Of a stretch of 64,000 nt of DNA, positions 1 through 7,523 are shown piece after piece. The number at the start of each line of letters is the position of its first letter. Positions within the stretch are counted from its first letter, which is position 1. The notes under the pieces were generated by a model. The model saw only the letters and a list, made by a program, of their open reading frames with translations, searched no databases and was not told the DNA's origin. The position numbers and the translations under genes were made by a program. Source of the stretch: Vicinamibacterales bacterium (GTDB lineage Bacteria; Acidobacteriota; Vicinamibacteria; Vicinamibacterales; 2-12-FULL-66-21); assembly GCA_035620975.1 (NCBI GenBank), contig DASPFV010000245.1:47038-111037 (forward strand), written 5' to 3'.

Positions 1-746
1 CGCTGTCGCAGGCGTGCATCCGCGACGAGCGTGAGGGCTTGTCCGCGCGTGTCCGGGAGGGAGATCCAGAGGGCGAGTGCGTCTGCGTAGCGGCCCCGCG
101 CCAGCTCGAACTCGCTCAGATCCGAGTACACGTAGCCCTGGGAGAGCTGCGTTTCCGCTTGACCCGCCGCGTCGCCGGTGCGGTTCCACAAGGTCTCGGC
201 CTGCTGGTAGAAGGCGAGGGCCAGCTCGAGGTTCCCGCGGTGATACTCGACCTCGCCGTGGCAGTTCAGCGCCTTCGCTTCCTGACTCGTGCCTGCCGAC
301 TGCCTCGCGAGCGTGAGCGCGGCCTCGCACTGGGACAGCGCGTCCTCGAGTGCCCGTTCGCTGTCGCCGCCCATCGCCTGCGCAAAGCCCAGCGCGCTCC
401 GGACCTCGCTCTCGAGCAGCGCGTCGTCCGATTCCTGTGCGAGCGCCAGCGCACGCTGATAGGCGCGCAAGGCCGCGTCCAGCGATCCGAGCTGTTCGTG
501 GGTCGCCCCGATCCGCTCGGCGGCGCGCGCGGCTTCCCCCGGGCGGCCCGCGCGTTCCCACGCGGCGAGCGCACCGCCGTACGCCTCGATTGCGCGGTGG
601 CTCGCGGTCTTCCGGTATGCCCGGCGCAGCTCCTCGCCCTGTGCGAAGAGGGTCTCGGGCTGCGGGCCGGGGCCGCACCCGCTCAGGCCCGCGCATCCCG
701 TCAGGATCAGGAACCCCGCGACGATCGTCGTACGGGCAATCCACAA
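1..746 (-). CDS. TPR-repeat lipoprotein (3' end runs off the window edge)
   Basis: My own minus-strand translation from TTG at 746 (AGGAGA about 6 nt upstream) gives MWIARTTIVAGFLILTGCAGLSGC..., a signal peptide plus lipobox L-T-G-C. Repeated A..Y..AL helical TPR-like units follow, down to position 1. It is absent from the ORF track because no stop lies inside the window. The + strand ORF 39..887 is an R/A/P-rich shadow. Confidence 0.6.
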   Translation of the reverse strand, partial: MWIARTTIVAGFLILTGCAGLSGCGPGPQPETLFAQGEELRRAYRKTASHRAIEAYGGALAAWERAGRPGEAARAAERIGATHEQLGSLDAALRAYQRALALAQESDDALLESEVRSALGFAQAMGGDSERALEDALSQCEAALTLARQSAGTSQEAKALNCHGEVEYHRGNLELALAFYQQAETLWNRTGDAAGQAETQLSQGYVYSDLSEFELARGRYADALALWISLPDTRGQALTLVADARLRQ

Positions 747-804
747 GGGAGGTCTCCTGCTCGCGCGCGTGGGTGGCGGCGCCTGAAACGGGGGGCCGCC
801 GTCC

Positions 805-2598
805 TCAGACGGCGGCCCCTACTTCGCTCGGAACGGCCGGCGGCGTGTACGGCATCCCCGTCGTCGGCCAGAACGCCTTCCCGATGACCGGGGGAAGGTT
901 CTTGACCCACGTGTCCCGGCCGTCGGCGTACTTGGTGCGGGGTCCGTACCTGGTGCGGGGGCCGTAGCGGGTGCGGGGACCGTAACGGCTGCGCTCGGGC
1001 AATCCGCTGTTCTGCGGCCCGAAGCAGTTCGACACGCCGAGCAGCAGATCCAGACGATCCTCGACCGGAGCCTCCCGCTCCACCAGCTGGGAGCGCCTCC
1101 GGCCGATCTTTCGCTCGTAGGCCCTGGCCAGCTCCTGTTTCACCTCCGCAAGTCCGGGGGGCGGCACGCTCCCCGAAGTCGAGAGCAGCTCCTCGATCCG
1201 GCTCATCTCGATCCTGGCGAGCTTTGTCGCGAGATCCAGGTCCGACGGCAGGTCGGCGTCGACCGGCGGCGCGGGCGTGACAGGCTCGTCGAATCGCGGT
1301 CTGCGACGGGTCGTGGCGACCTGCTGCTTCAGGAACTGCAGCCAGCCGCCCGTTGCGGTCGCGGCGGGCGCGGCGGCCGCCGTCGTCCCGGGCGTGGAGC
1401 CGGGCGCTGCCCAGAGCGCGAGGTTCTCGTACTCGGGAGACACGTCGGCCCACGGGAAGTAAATCGACATCCCGTACGAATGCTGATGGGCAAAGCCGCT
1501 GCACCCGGACCTGATGATGATCCGGCCCTCGACTTCGTCCGTCGTGAGCGGCAGCCCCTTGTCCACGGCTTCGAAGACCTTGTCCGTGCCGTCCAGCACC
1601 CGCACGACGGCCTTGCAGGCGTCGCGCACGTGCTCGTCGGCGGCGAACCTCTTGTACGTCTGAACGCAGAAGTCATGGAGGTCGACGAACTGATCCGCCT
1701 TGTAGGTCTGCGCATCCCAGTGAGCCAGCGTCACGCGGTCCGGCTCTCCGGCCTGCAGCAGGCTGTCGCCCAGCGCATTGACGGCTTTACCCAGCTCGTC
1801 CATCCGCGACAGGTCGAGGGCCGCGAGATCGGCCGAGCGGCCGGCCGCCCGATCGTAATCGGAGTAGTACTCCACGTATTCCCTGACGATGGCCTCGGCC
1901 AGCGCGCGTGGCTCCATCACGGCTTTGCTCACGCGCCGTGCTTCGCGGGCCCTTGCCAGGATGCGGCCGTAGGGCCAGCCGAACTCCGGCTCGAACCCCT
2001 CGGCGCCCACGAGCAGGTCGACGTGATCGCGAATCTGGTAGGCGACTTCGAACATGCTCATGAAGCACGCGTCCATCCCCAGAATGTCGACCTTCTTTCC
2101 GATGATGGCGTGGATACGCTCCAACGCCGCGCCCAGTTCGTCGATGGAGAGCGCGTCCGACGCGTTCTCATCGCGCAGCAGGAAGTCTTCGGTGGTGCCG
2201 CTGCCGTGCCCGGACAGGATGAGCATGTGCCGATAGTCCGCACCGCTCGCCCCTGACTCGTTCTGCGCCCACTCGACGAAGCCCACCAGCGCGTCGATGT
2301 TCCCCGCGTTGGTTTCCGGCAGCAGGCCGGCCCGGTAGTGCTCGATCCGCGTGCCGTCGCCGCTGGGGACCTGGTTGAAGTCGTAGCGCTGGGTGGCGAT
2401 CCCCGTGGCGCTGGGGTCCAGCTGCGCCACGATCCGGTCCCCTCTGGGCGGGCCGGTTCGCTGGAGATCCTGCAGGGCCGCAACCATGTGCTCCGTCAGG
2501 TTGTTGTCGCCCGCGAGGTAGAGCATGACGAGCCAGGGCCGCCCGGGATTGGCGATCTCCGGGTCCCGGTCCTCCGAATTGGGGGGCATCACTGACAT
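805..2598 (-). CDS. Clostripain-like cysteine peptidase (family C11) with a C-terminal extension carrying RYGPRT hexapeptide repeats
   Basis: Part of ORF 805..2664. The start is set at MSVMPPNSE (ATG 2598, AAGGAG upstream). C11 hallmarks: WLVMLYLAGDNNL, catalytic-type LILSGHGSG and LGMDACFMSM. No signal peptide. The C-terminal roughly 200 aa are unrelated to C11. Confidence 0.8.
   Translation of the reverse strand: MSVMPPNSEDRDPEIANPGRPWLVMLYLAGDNNLTEHMVAALQDLQRTGPPRGDRIVAQLDPSATGIATQRYDFNQVPSGDGTRIEHYRAGLLPETNAGNIDALVGFVEWAQNESGASGADYRHMLILSGHGSGTTEDFLLRDENASDALSIDELGAALERIHAIIGKKVDILGMDACFMSMFEVAYQIRDHVDLLVGAEGFEPEFGWPYGRILARAREARRVSKAVMEPRALAEAIVREYVEYYSDYDRAAGRSADLAALDLSRMDELGKAVNALGDSLLQAGEPDRVTLAHWDAQTYKADQFVDLHDFCVQTYKRFAADEHVRDACKAVVRVLDGTDKVFEAVDKGLPLTTDEVEGRIIIRSGCSGFAHQHSYGMSIYFPWADVSPEYENLALWAAPGSTPGTTAAAAPAATATGGWLQFLKQQVATTRRRPRFDEPVTPAPPVDADLPSDLDLATKLARIEMSRIEELLSTSGSVPPPGLAEVKQELARAYERKIGRRRSQLVEREAPVEDRLDLLLGVSNCFGPQNSGLPERSRYGPRTRYGPRTRYGPRTKYADGRDTWVKNLPPVIGKAFWPTTGMPYTPPAVPSEVGAAV
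928..999 (-). repeat. 18-nt tandem repeat (3 good copies plus 1 degenerate) encoding RYGPRT x3 inside the C11 peptidase tail
   Basis: Forward strand reads gtacttggtgcggggtcc / gtacctggtgcgggggcc / gtagcgggtgcggggacc / gtaacggctgcgctcggg. Protein reads SRYGPRTRYGPRTRYGPRTKY. Confidence 0.85.
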
Positions 2599-2850
2599 GA
2601 CGACCGCTCCTTCCGAACGCGGCAGGGTGGCTGCGGTTCTTCGGCTCGACGCCGCCTCCCGCACGTCGGCGTCCAGGAGGCCTGTCGGACTTCGTCAATG
2701 AATGGCACCTGCGGCCGATTCGTTTCGAGTCCTGCCGCGCTTCGATTCGTGAGTCTAGTCCTGCCGTCTGTCCCCCGCAACCGGACGCGAAACGAATTCG
2801 AGCCTGCACCCATATGAGGGTGAACCGCATCCCAGGAGTGACCGGACGCC

Positions 2851-3666
2851 ATGGATCCGACCCCTCACACTTCGCCGCGCCTCGGGAGCCAGGATGCCGT
2901 CGTCCTGGTGGCGACGCCCGGACGCCGGCGGGAGGCGGTCGGGAGCCCGCGCCCGGTCATGTCCCCACCGATGTATGTGGGGGATTTCGTTCAGGCGGCC
3001 GCTGCCACGCGACCGTGCCGGGCGATCGGCGGCGACTTCTTCGACTACCTGGACACGGGCCTGGAGTTCCACGTCCTGCTGGGCGATGCCTGGGGAAGTG
3101 GCACCCCCGCCGCGCTGCAGGCGGCGCTCATCCAGGGCATCCTCGCCGGGGATGTCGAGCGCGGCACCGGCGCGGCGCGACTCGTCAGCCAGCTCAACCA
3201 GGCGCTGTGCCGACGCCGCATGGGCGACCGGTATGTGACGCTTTTCTACGCGGTGATCACCCGTGACCGTCGCTTCACCTACTGCAACGCGGGACACTAC
3301 CCGCCGATGCTGTTCAGGGACTCGAAGGTCCGCCGCCTCGGAGCGGGCGGCCTCCCACCGGGCCTCGTCGACGACGCGCGCTACGAGGAGGAGTCGCTCT
3401 TTGTGGAGCCGGGCGATACCCTCGTGGTCTTCAGCGACGGCCTCGCGCGAGCGTCGAACGGCACAGGGAAGTTCGGCGTCGCGCGGATTCAGCAGATCGT
3501 CTCGGCCCATCGCGGCCGAACGCCGGCGACGATTGTCGAGCGGCTGATGGGCAGCGTGCGCGAGTTCACGGACGGCAGCCGCCAGCGCGACGACATCACC
3601 GCATTCGTCGCGAGATATTCCGGCGAGGCCCGGAGGGACCATGGATATCACCCTGCGCCAGCGTGA
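2851..3666 (+). CDS. PP2C-type serine phosphatase (SpoIIE/RsbU family), stand-alone catalytic domain
   Basis: Motifs AIGGDFFDY, LLGDAWGSGTPAAL, TLFYAVI, YCNAGHYPP, LVVFSDG and RDDITAFV. No N-terminal sensor domain. The start could instead be the internal ATG near 2959. Confidence 0.85.
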   Translation: MDPTPHTSPRLGSQDAVVLVATPGRRREAVGSPRPVMSPPMYVGDFVQAAAATRPCRAIGGDFFDYLDTGLEFHVLLGDAWGSGTPAALQAALIQGILAGDVERGTGAARLVSQLNQALCRRRMGDRYVTLFYAVITRDRRFTYCNAGHYPPMLFRDSKVRRLGAGGLPPGLVDDARYEEESLFVEPGDTLVVFSDGLARASNGTGKFGVARIQQIVSAHRGRTPATIVERLMGSVREFTDGSRQRDDITAFVARYSGEARRDHGYHPAPA

Positions 3667-4033
3667 CGAGATCACGATCCTCGACCTGAAGGGCACCGTT
3701 CATTGCGGCGACGGGGATCGTGAGCTCGAGGCCGTCATCACCGATCTGACGATCCGTGGCTGCACCAGCCTGGTGATCAACCTGAAGGACGTGACCCATG
3801 TCGACACGATGTGTCTCGGGGTCATCATCGCGGCGCAGTTGCGACTGCAGCGGCGTCAGGGTGTGGTGCTGCTGCTGGAGACGCCGCCGCGAATCCGCCA
3901 TATGCTGCGGATCGCCCGGATCGACGAGTTCCTGCTGACGTGCGAAACGGAGGCCGATGCGATCCGGGCGCTCCGCGCCGCCGGCAGCTCGTCGCGCGGC
4001 GGCGGCGCACCGGGGCGCCTCGTCGACGCCTGA
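3641..4033 (+). CDS. STAS-domain anti-sigma-factor antagonist (SpoIIAA/RsbV-like)
   Basis: MDITLRQRDEITILDLKGTV..., with VINLKDVTHVDTMCLGVIIAA aligning to the DS(S/T)GLG phosphorylation loop (Thr at the phospho position). GGAGGGA RBS. Overlaps the phosphatase 3' end by 26 nt. Confidence 0.85.
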   Translation: MDITLRQRDEITILDLKGTVHCGDGDRELEAVITDLTIRGCTSLVINLKDVTHVDTMCLGVIIAAQLRLQRRQGVVLLLETPPRIRHMLRIARIDEFLLTCETEADAIRALRAAGSSSRGGGAPGRLVDA

Positions 4034-4115
4034 AGGAGACGTGACACGGAGTTCGCCAGGCGTGTGAAAAAGGAAAGGACGTAGAATCCTCGGAGACCGC
4101 GATCGGCTCTCCGAG

Positions 4116-5135
4116 ATGGCCGGACGTTATATCCACGACATCGATCCCGTGCTCGCAGACGTCGCCGGGGTGCATCTCTGGTGGTACGGTCTTGGTTTTG
4201 CCCTGGGTTTTCTGTCGCTGCACCGTTTCCTGATGGGCGATCGCGGTCGACTCGGCCTGTCAGCGCGCGATGTCTGGTCGCTCTCCATCCTGATGGCGGC
4301 CGGCATCCTGGCGGGAGGCCGGGCCGTCGAGGTGGCGTTCGACGAGTGGCCGTTCTATCGCAACCACGTCAGCCTGATCCCGGCTTTGTGGCTTGGAGGC
4401 ATGGCGACGCATGGGCTTCTCATCGGCGCGGCCCTGTCGGCGGCGCTCTTCGCCCTGCTCTGGAAACGGCCCTTCCTGCCGCTCGCCGACGCGCTCGTCA
4501 TCCCCGGCGCCTTTCTGATGGGCGTGGGCCGGATCGGGAATTTCATCGACGGACAGATCGTCGGCAGCGTGACCGACGTCTTCTGGGGCGTCAAGTTCCC
4601 GTACGCCGACGGCTTCCGCCACCCGGTCGTGCTGTACGACGGGGCGAAGAACCTGCTGCTGATTCCCTACCTGCTGCACGTCCGGCGGACGAACCCCACG
4701 CCGGGAGCGGTCGCGGCGCGGTTCGTGTTCTGGTACGCGTTCGCGCGTGTCTTCATCGATCTCTTCCGCGACTACCCGACGCACCGGCTCGCACTGGGTA
4801 CGGGACAGACGCTGAACCTCGTCATGGCCGCGATGGGCGTCGTACTGCTCGTGCGCTCCCGGTTACGTCGTCTGGGCCGGTTGAAGCACGCGAACAGCGA
4901 TCCATTCGGAGTGCGACCGCGTGCCGAGGCCCGTCCTCTGCTCCTGCAGCGCATCGGGTTCGCATGCCTGCTGGTGTTTTCGCTCACGATCCCCAGCAAC
5001 TGGACGCAGAACGTCCCGATCAGGTACTCCGGCCGCCACCCCGGGCTGGCGCACTCGTCGTTCTACCCCGACATCGACTGGCCGCCCCCACCGGCAGTCG
5101 GCGCCGCGCCAGTCCCGCCGGCGCCCGGACGCTGA
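4116..5135 (+). CDS. lgt: Prolipoprotein diacylglyceryl transferase
   Basis: Polytopic membrane protein with Lgt signatures: THGLLIGAAL, GRIGNFIDGQIVG and RHPVVLYDG (compare GRLGNFINGELWG / HPSQLYE). Confidence 0.85.
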   Translation: MAGRYIHDIDPVLADVAGVHLWWYGLGFALGFLSLHRFLMGDRGRLGLSARDVWSLSILMAAGILAGGRAVEVAFDEWPFYRNHVSLIPALWLGGMATHGLLIGAALSAALFALLWKRPFLPLADALVIPGAFLMGVGRIGNFIDGQIVGSVTDVFWGVKFPYADGFRHPVVLYDGAKNLLLIPYLLHVRRTNPTPGAVAARFVFWYAFARVFIDLFRDYPTHRLALGTGQTLNLVMAAMGVVLLVRSRLRRLGRLKHANSDPFGVRPRAEARPLLLQRIGFACLLVFSLTIPSNWTQNVPIRYSGRHPGLAHSSFYPDIDWPPPPAVGAAPVPPAPGR

Positions 5136-5208
5136 GCGTATCCGGGCCTGGCTCTGGCTCGCGGAGGGCCTGATGATGTCGCGAGGGCCTTGCCCCGGCA
5201 TTCTCCAG

Positions 5209-6183
5209 CTAATATGCGCCGTTGCTTCCCGGCCGCTCCCGCGGGGCGACGTAACTCTTCCGCGCCCGCGGCGTCAGGCCGCGCTCCGAGAGGCGAACGT
5301 CGATGTCGTGCACCTTGCCGTCGCGCTTCGGCGGGACGAAGCCGAGCAGATACTGGCTGTGGAGCTCGTCCGCCACACGGGCAAAGGCCGCGCCGAGATC
5401 CTCGCCGAAGCCGATTTCCGCGTAGCCGCCGCCGGTCTCCTGCGCCACGCGCGCGAGACCGGGATCCGGCAGGTCGGCCGTCAGCATCGCGTGGAGGCTG
5501 CCGCGGCCGATTCCGGGGGGAGCCTGCCGCGCGCGCCGACTGCGCATCCCGACGGCGTATACCATGACGTCGTCGGCGCGTGCGCGGTCGATGATGTCGG
5601 CCTGACTCGAGACCTCCCGGCCGAACCCGATCGGCCCGCTGTCCTTCCCGTCGCTCAGGACCAGAATCACCGGCCGCTCGTCTCCGGTGTCCTCGAATGC
5701 GTCGAGCGCCTGGTCGAGGGCGCGCCAGAGCGGCGTGGGGGCATCGGGGTGAATCGACTCGGGAAGCGATCCCAGCAGCTCGCGCGCGTCACGTGTGAAG
5801 GCGGGAGCAATCGAGATCTCGTGGCCGAAGCTGCCGATGCGGGCGCGATCGTCGGGTCGGAGCCGGGCGACGAGCTGTTCCGCCGCGCCGCGCAGCAGCG
5901 GCAGGTTCCCCGACATGCTGCCGGAGACGTCGAGCATCAGAACCAGCCTGATCGGCTGGGGGCTGTTGTCGAAAAGGGTGATCGGCTGCGGCTTGCCCTC
6001 GTCGCGGACTTCGAACGCGTCCCTCGTGAGCGACGTGACCAGACGGCCGTCACGATCGGTGACCGTGACGAACACGCGCACGAGATCGGTGGTGCCGCGG
6101 AAGACCTGCGGTTGCGACGCAGCCAGTCCCCCGGCCCCGAGAACACACGCCACGAGCACGCCCGCAGCGGAGAACCGGACCAT
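5209..6183 (-). CDS. Secreted VWA-domain protein (Acidobacterial VWFA-related, TIGR03436-like)
   Basis: Signal peptide, then FRGTTDLVRVFVTVTDRDGRLVTSLTRDAFEVRDEGKPQPITLF. MIDAS-type VLMLDVSGSM and ILVLSDGKD follow. Confidence 0.8.
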   Translation of the reverse strand: MVRFSAAGVLVACVLGAGGLAASQPQVFRGTTDLVRVFVTVTDRDGRLVTSLTRDAFEVRDEGKPQPITLFDNSPQPIRLVLMLDVSGSMSGNLPLLRGAAEQLVARLRPDDRARIGSFGHEISIAPAFTRDARELLGSLPESIHPDAPTPLWRALDQALDAFEDTGDERPVILVLSDGKDSGPIGFGREVSSQADIIDRARADDVMVYAVGMRSRRARQAPPGIGRGSLHAMLTADLPDPGLARVAQETGGGYAEIGFGEDLGAAFARVADELHSQYLLGFVPPKRDGKVHDIDVRLSERGLTPRARKSYVAPRERPGSNGAY

Positions 6184-6274
6184 ACACGAGCTCCTTCGGC
6201 TTCAGACCAGGCGCACCTCCCGTCTTATCACGAGACGGGCAGGGGTGGAAGCGCCGGGCGTCGAAACGACTCTA

Positions 6275-6280
6275 TATAAT
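6275..6280 (+). promoter_or_regulatory. Candidate -10 box (TATAAT) in an AT-rich patch upstream of the glycosylation cluster
   Basis: tctaTATAATgg is conspicuous against the GC-rich background. I found no convincing -35. It lies only 6 nt before the TTG I use as the start. Confidence 0.3.
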
Positions 6281-6286
6281 GGCCCG

Positions 6287-7504
6287 TTGTCTTCAGCGGA
6301 CCCGCAGCTCTCCATCGTGGCCGTCCAACTCGAACGCACGACGGATCCGGCGGCGTACCTGGACCAGCTGCGAGGAGAGGTGGAAGCGCTCGGAGTGCCG
6401 AGCGAGACGATTGTCGTCCCTGCCGGCCGGCGAGGCTTCGGGTACGAGCTGCGCTCCGGGCTGAGGCAGGCCCGCGGAGCCTACATCATCACGGTCGACC
6501 CCGACTTCTCCGGGCCGATGACGTTCCTGGGCGATCTGTGGGCGCGCCGACACGAGGCGGAGGTCGTCATCGCCTCGCGCTACGTCGAGGGCAGCCGGGT
6601 CGCGATGCCCGCCTCGCGCCACGCGGGCAGCCGCCTGCTCAATATCGTCTTCCGCCGCGGTTTGAGCCTCGGTGTCCAGGACGGGTCGAGTGCCATCCGG
6701 CTGTACCGCAGCGATGCCGTCAGATCGCTGCCGCTGCAGGCGGAGGACTACGACATTCTCCAGGAGGTGCTGGTGCGCGCGTACGCCGACGGCTGGCGTG
6801 TGCTCGAGATCCCGTTCCACTATGCGCCCAATCCCCAGGTGCCGTCGAAGGCGCACGCGGCGCTCGCCCGCGCGTACCTCCGGACGTTCTACAGGCTGTG
6901 GAAGCTGCGCAACTCGATCGCCGCCGCCGACTACGATTATCGCGCGCACGACAGCCCGATCCCCCTGCAGCGCTACTGGCAGCGGAGCCGCTACCGCCAC
7001 ATCGTCGAGCTGATCGAGGGGCAGGGCGCCGTGCTCGACGTGGGATGCGGGTCCAGCCACATCATCGGCGCGCTCCCGAGGGGCAGCGTGGCGCTGGACG
7101 TGCTGGTGAACAAGCTCCGGTTCGCCCGGCGGTTTCCGACGCCGCGCGTCCGCGCCTCCGGGCTGGCGCTGCCTTTCGCCTCGGAGCTCTTTCCCTGCGT
7201 GCTCTGCTCTCAGGTGATCGAGCACGTGCCGATGGTTCCCTCGATGATCGACGAGCTGTGCCGCGTGCTGAAGCCGGGAGGCCGTCTCGTGCTCGGGACC
7301 CCCGACTACGACCGCTGGGAGTGGGTCTGGATCGAGAAGGCGTACGCGCTGGCCGCACCGGGGGGCTATGCCGACGAGCACATCTCGCATTACACGCGGA
7401 AGGGACTGCTCGAGCTCTTCGCCCGGCGTGGCTACGTGCACGAGGCGACGCGCTACATCCTGCGCGGCGAGCTGATCCTGGCGTTCCGGAAGCCGGCGCG
7501 ATGA
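6287..7504 (+). CDS. Fusion protein: family-2 glycosyltransferase (polyprenyl-phosphate sugar synthase-like) + class I SAM methyltransferase
   Basis: 3' part of ORF 5795..7504; the 5' part overlaps the VWA gene and is rejected. GT2 half: LSIVAVQLERT..., YIITVDPDFSG, VVIASRY. MT half: VLDVGCGSSHI (motif I), VLCSQVIEHV, LKPGGRLVLGTPD. The start is uncertain; TTG 6287 is the first start upstream of the LSIV strand. Confidence 0.75.
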   Translation: MSSADPQLSIVAVQLERTTDPAAYLDQLRGEVEALGVPSETIVVPAGRRGFGYELRSGLRQARGAYIITVDPDFSGPMTFLGDLWARRHEAEVVIASRYVEGSRVAMPASRHAGSRLLNIVFRRGLSLGVQDGSSAIRLYRSDAVRSLPLQAEDYDILQEVLVRAYADGWRVLEIPFHYAPNPQVPSKAHAALARAYLRTFYRLWKLRNSIAAADYDYRAHDSPIPLQRYWQRSRYRHIVELIEGQGAVLDVGCGSSHIIGALPRGSVALDVLVNKLRFARRFPTPRVRASGLALPFASELFPCVLCSQVIEHVPMVPSMIDELCRVLKPGGRLVLGTPDYDRWEWVWIEKAYALAAPGGYADEHISHYTRKGLLELFARRGYVHEATRYILRGELILAFRKPAR

Positions 7505-7523
7505 GACGCCGGCCTGCGCGAGC

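Noticed and set aside
39-887. 282-aa + strand ORF (and the overlapping 350..967, 707..1504 ORFs) at the left edge
   Set aside because: The composition is extremely Arg/Ala/Pro/Gly-rich. The opposite strand reads as a coherent lipoprotein signal plus TPR-like repeats, so these are shadow frames of a high-GC gene.
5795-6286. 5' 490 nt of the 569-aa ORF 5795..7504
   Set aside because: It overlaps the homology-supported VWA gene on the other strand, and the translation is Ser/Arg/Pro junk. GT2 homology starts only near 6300.
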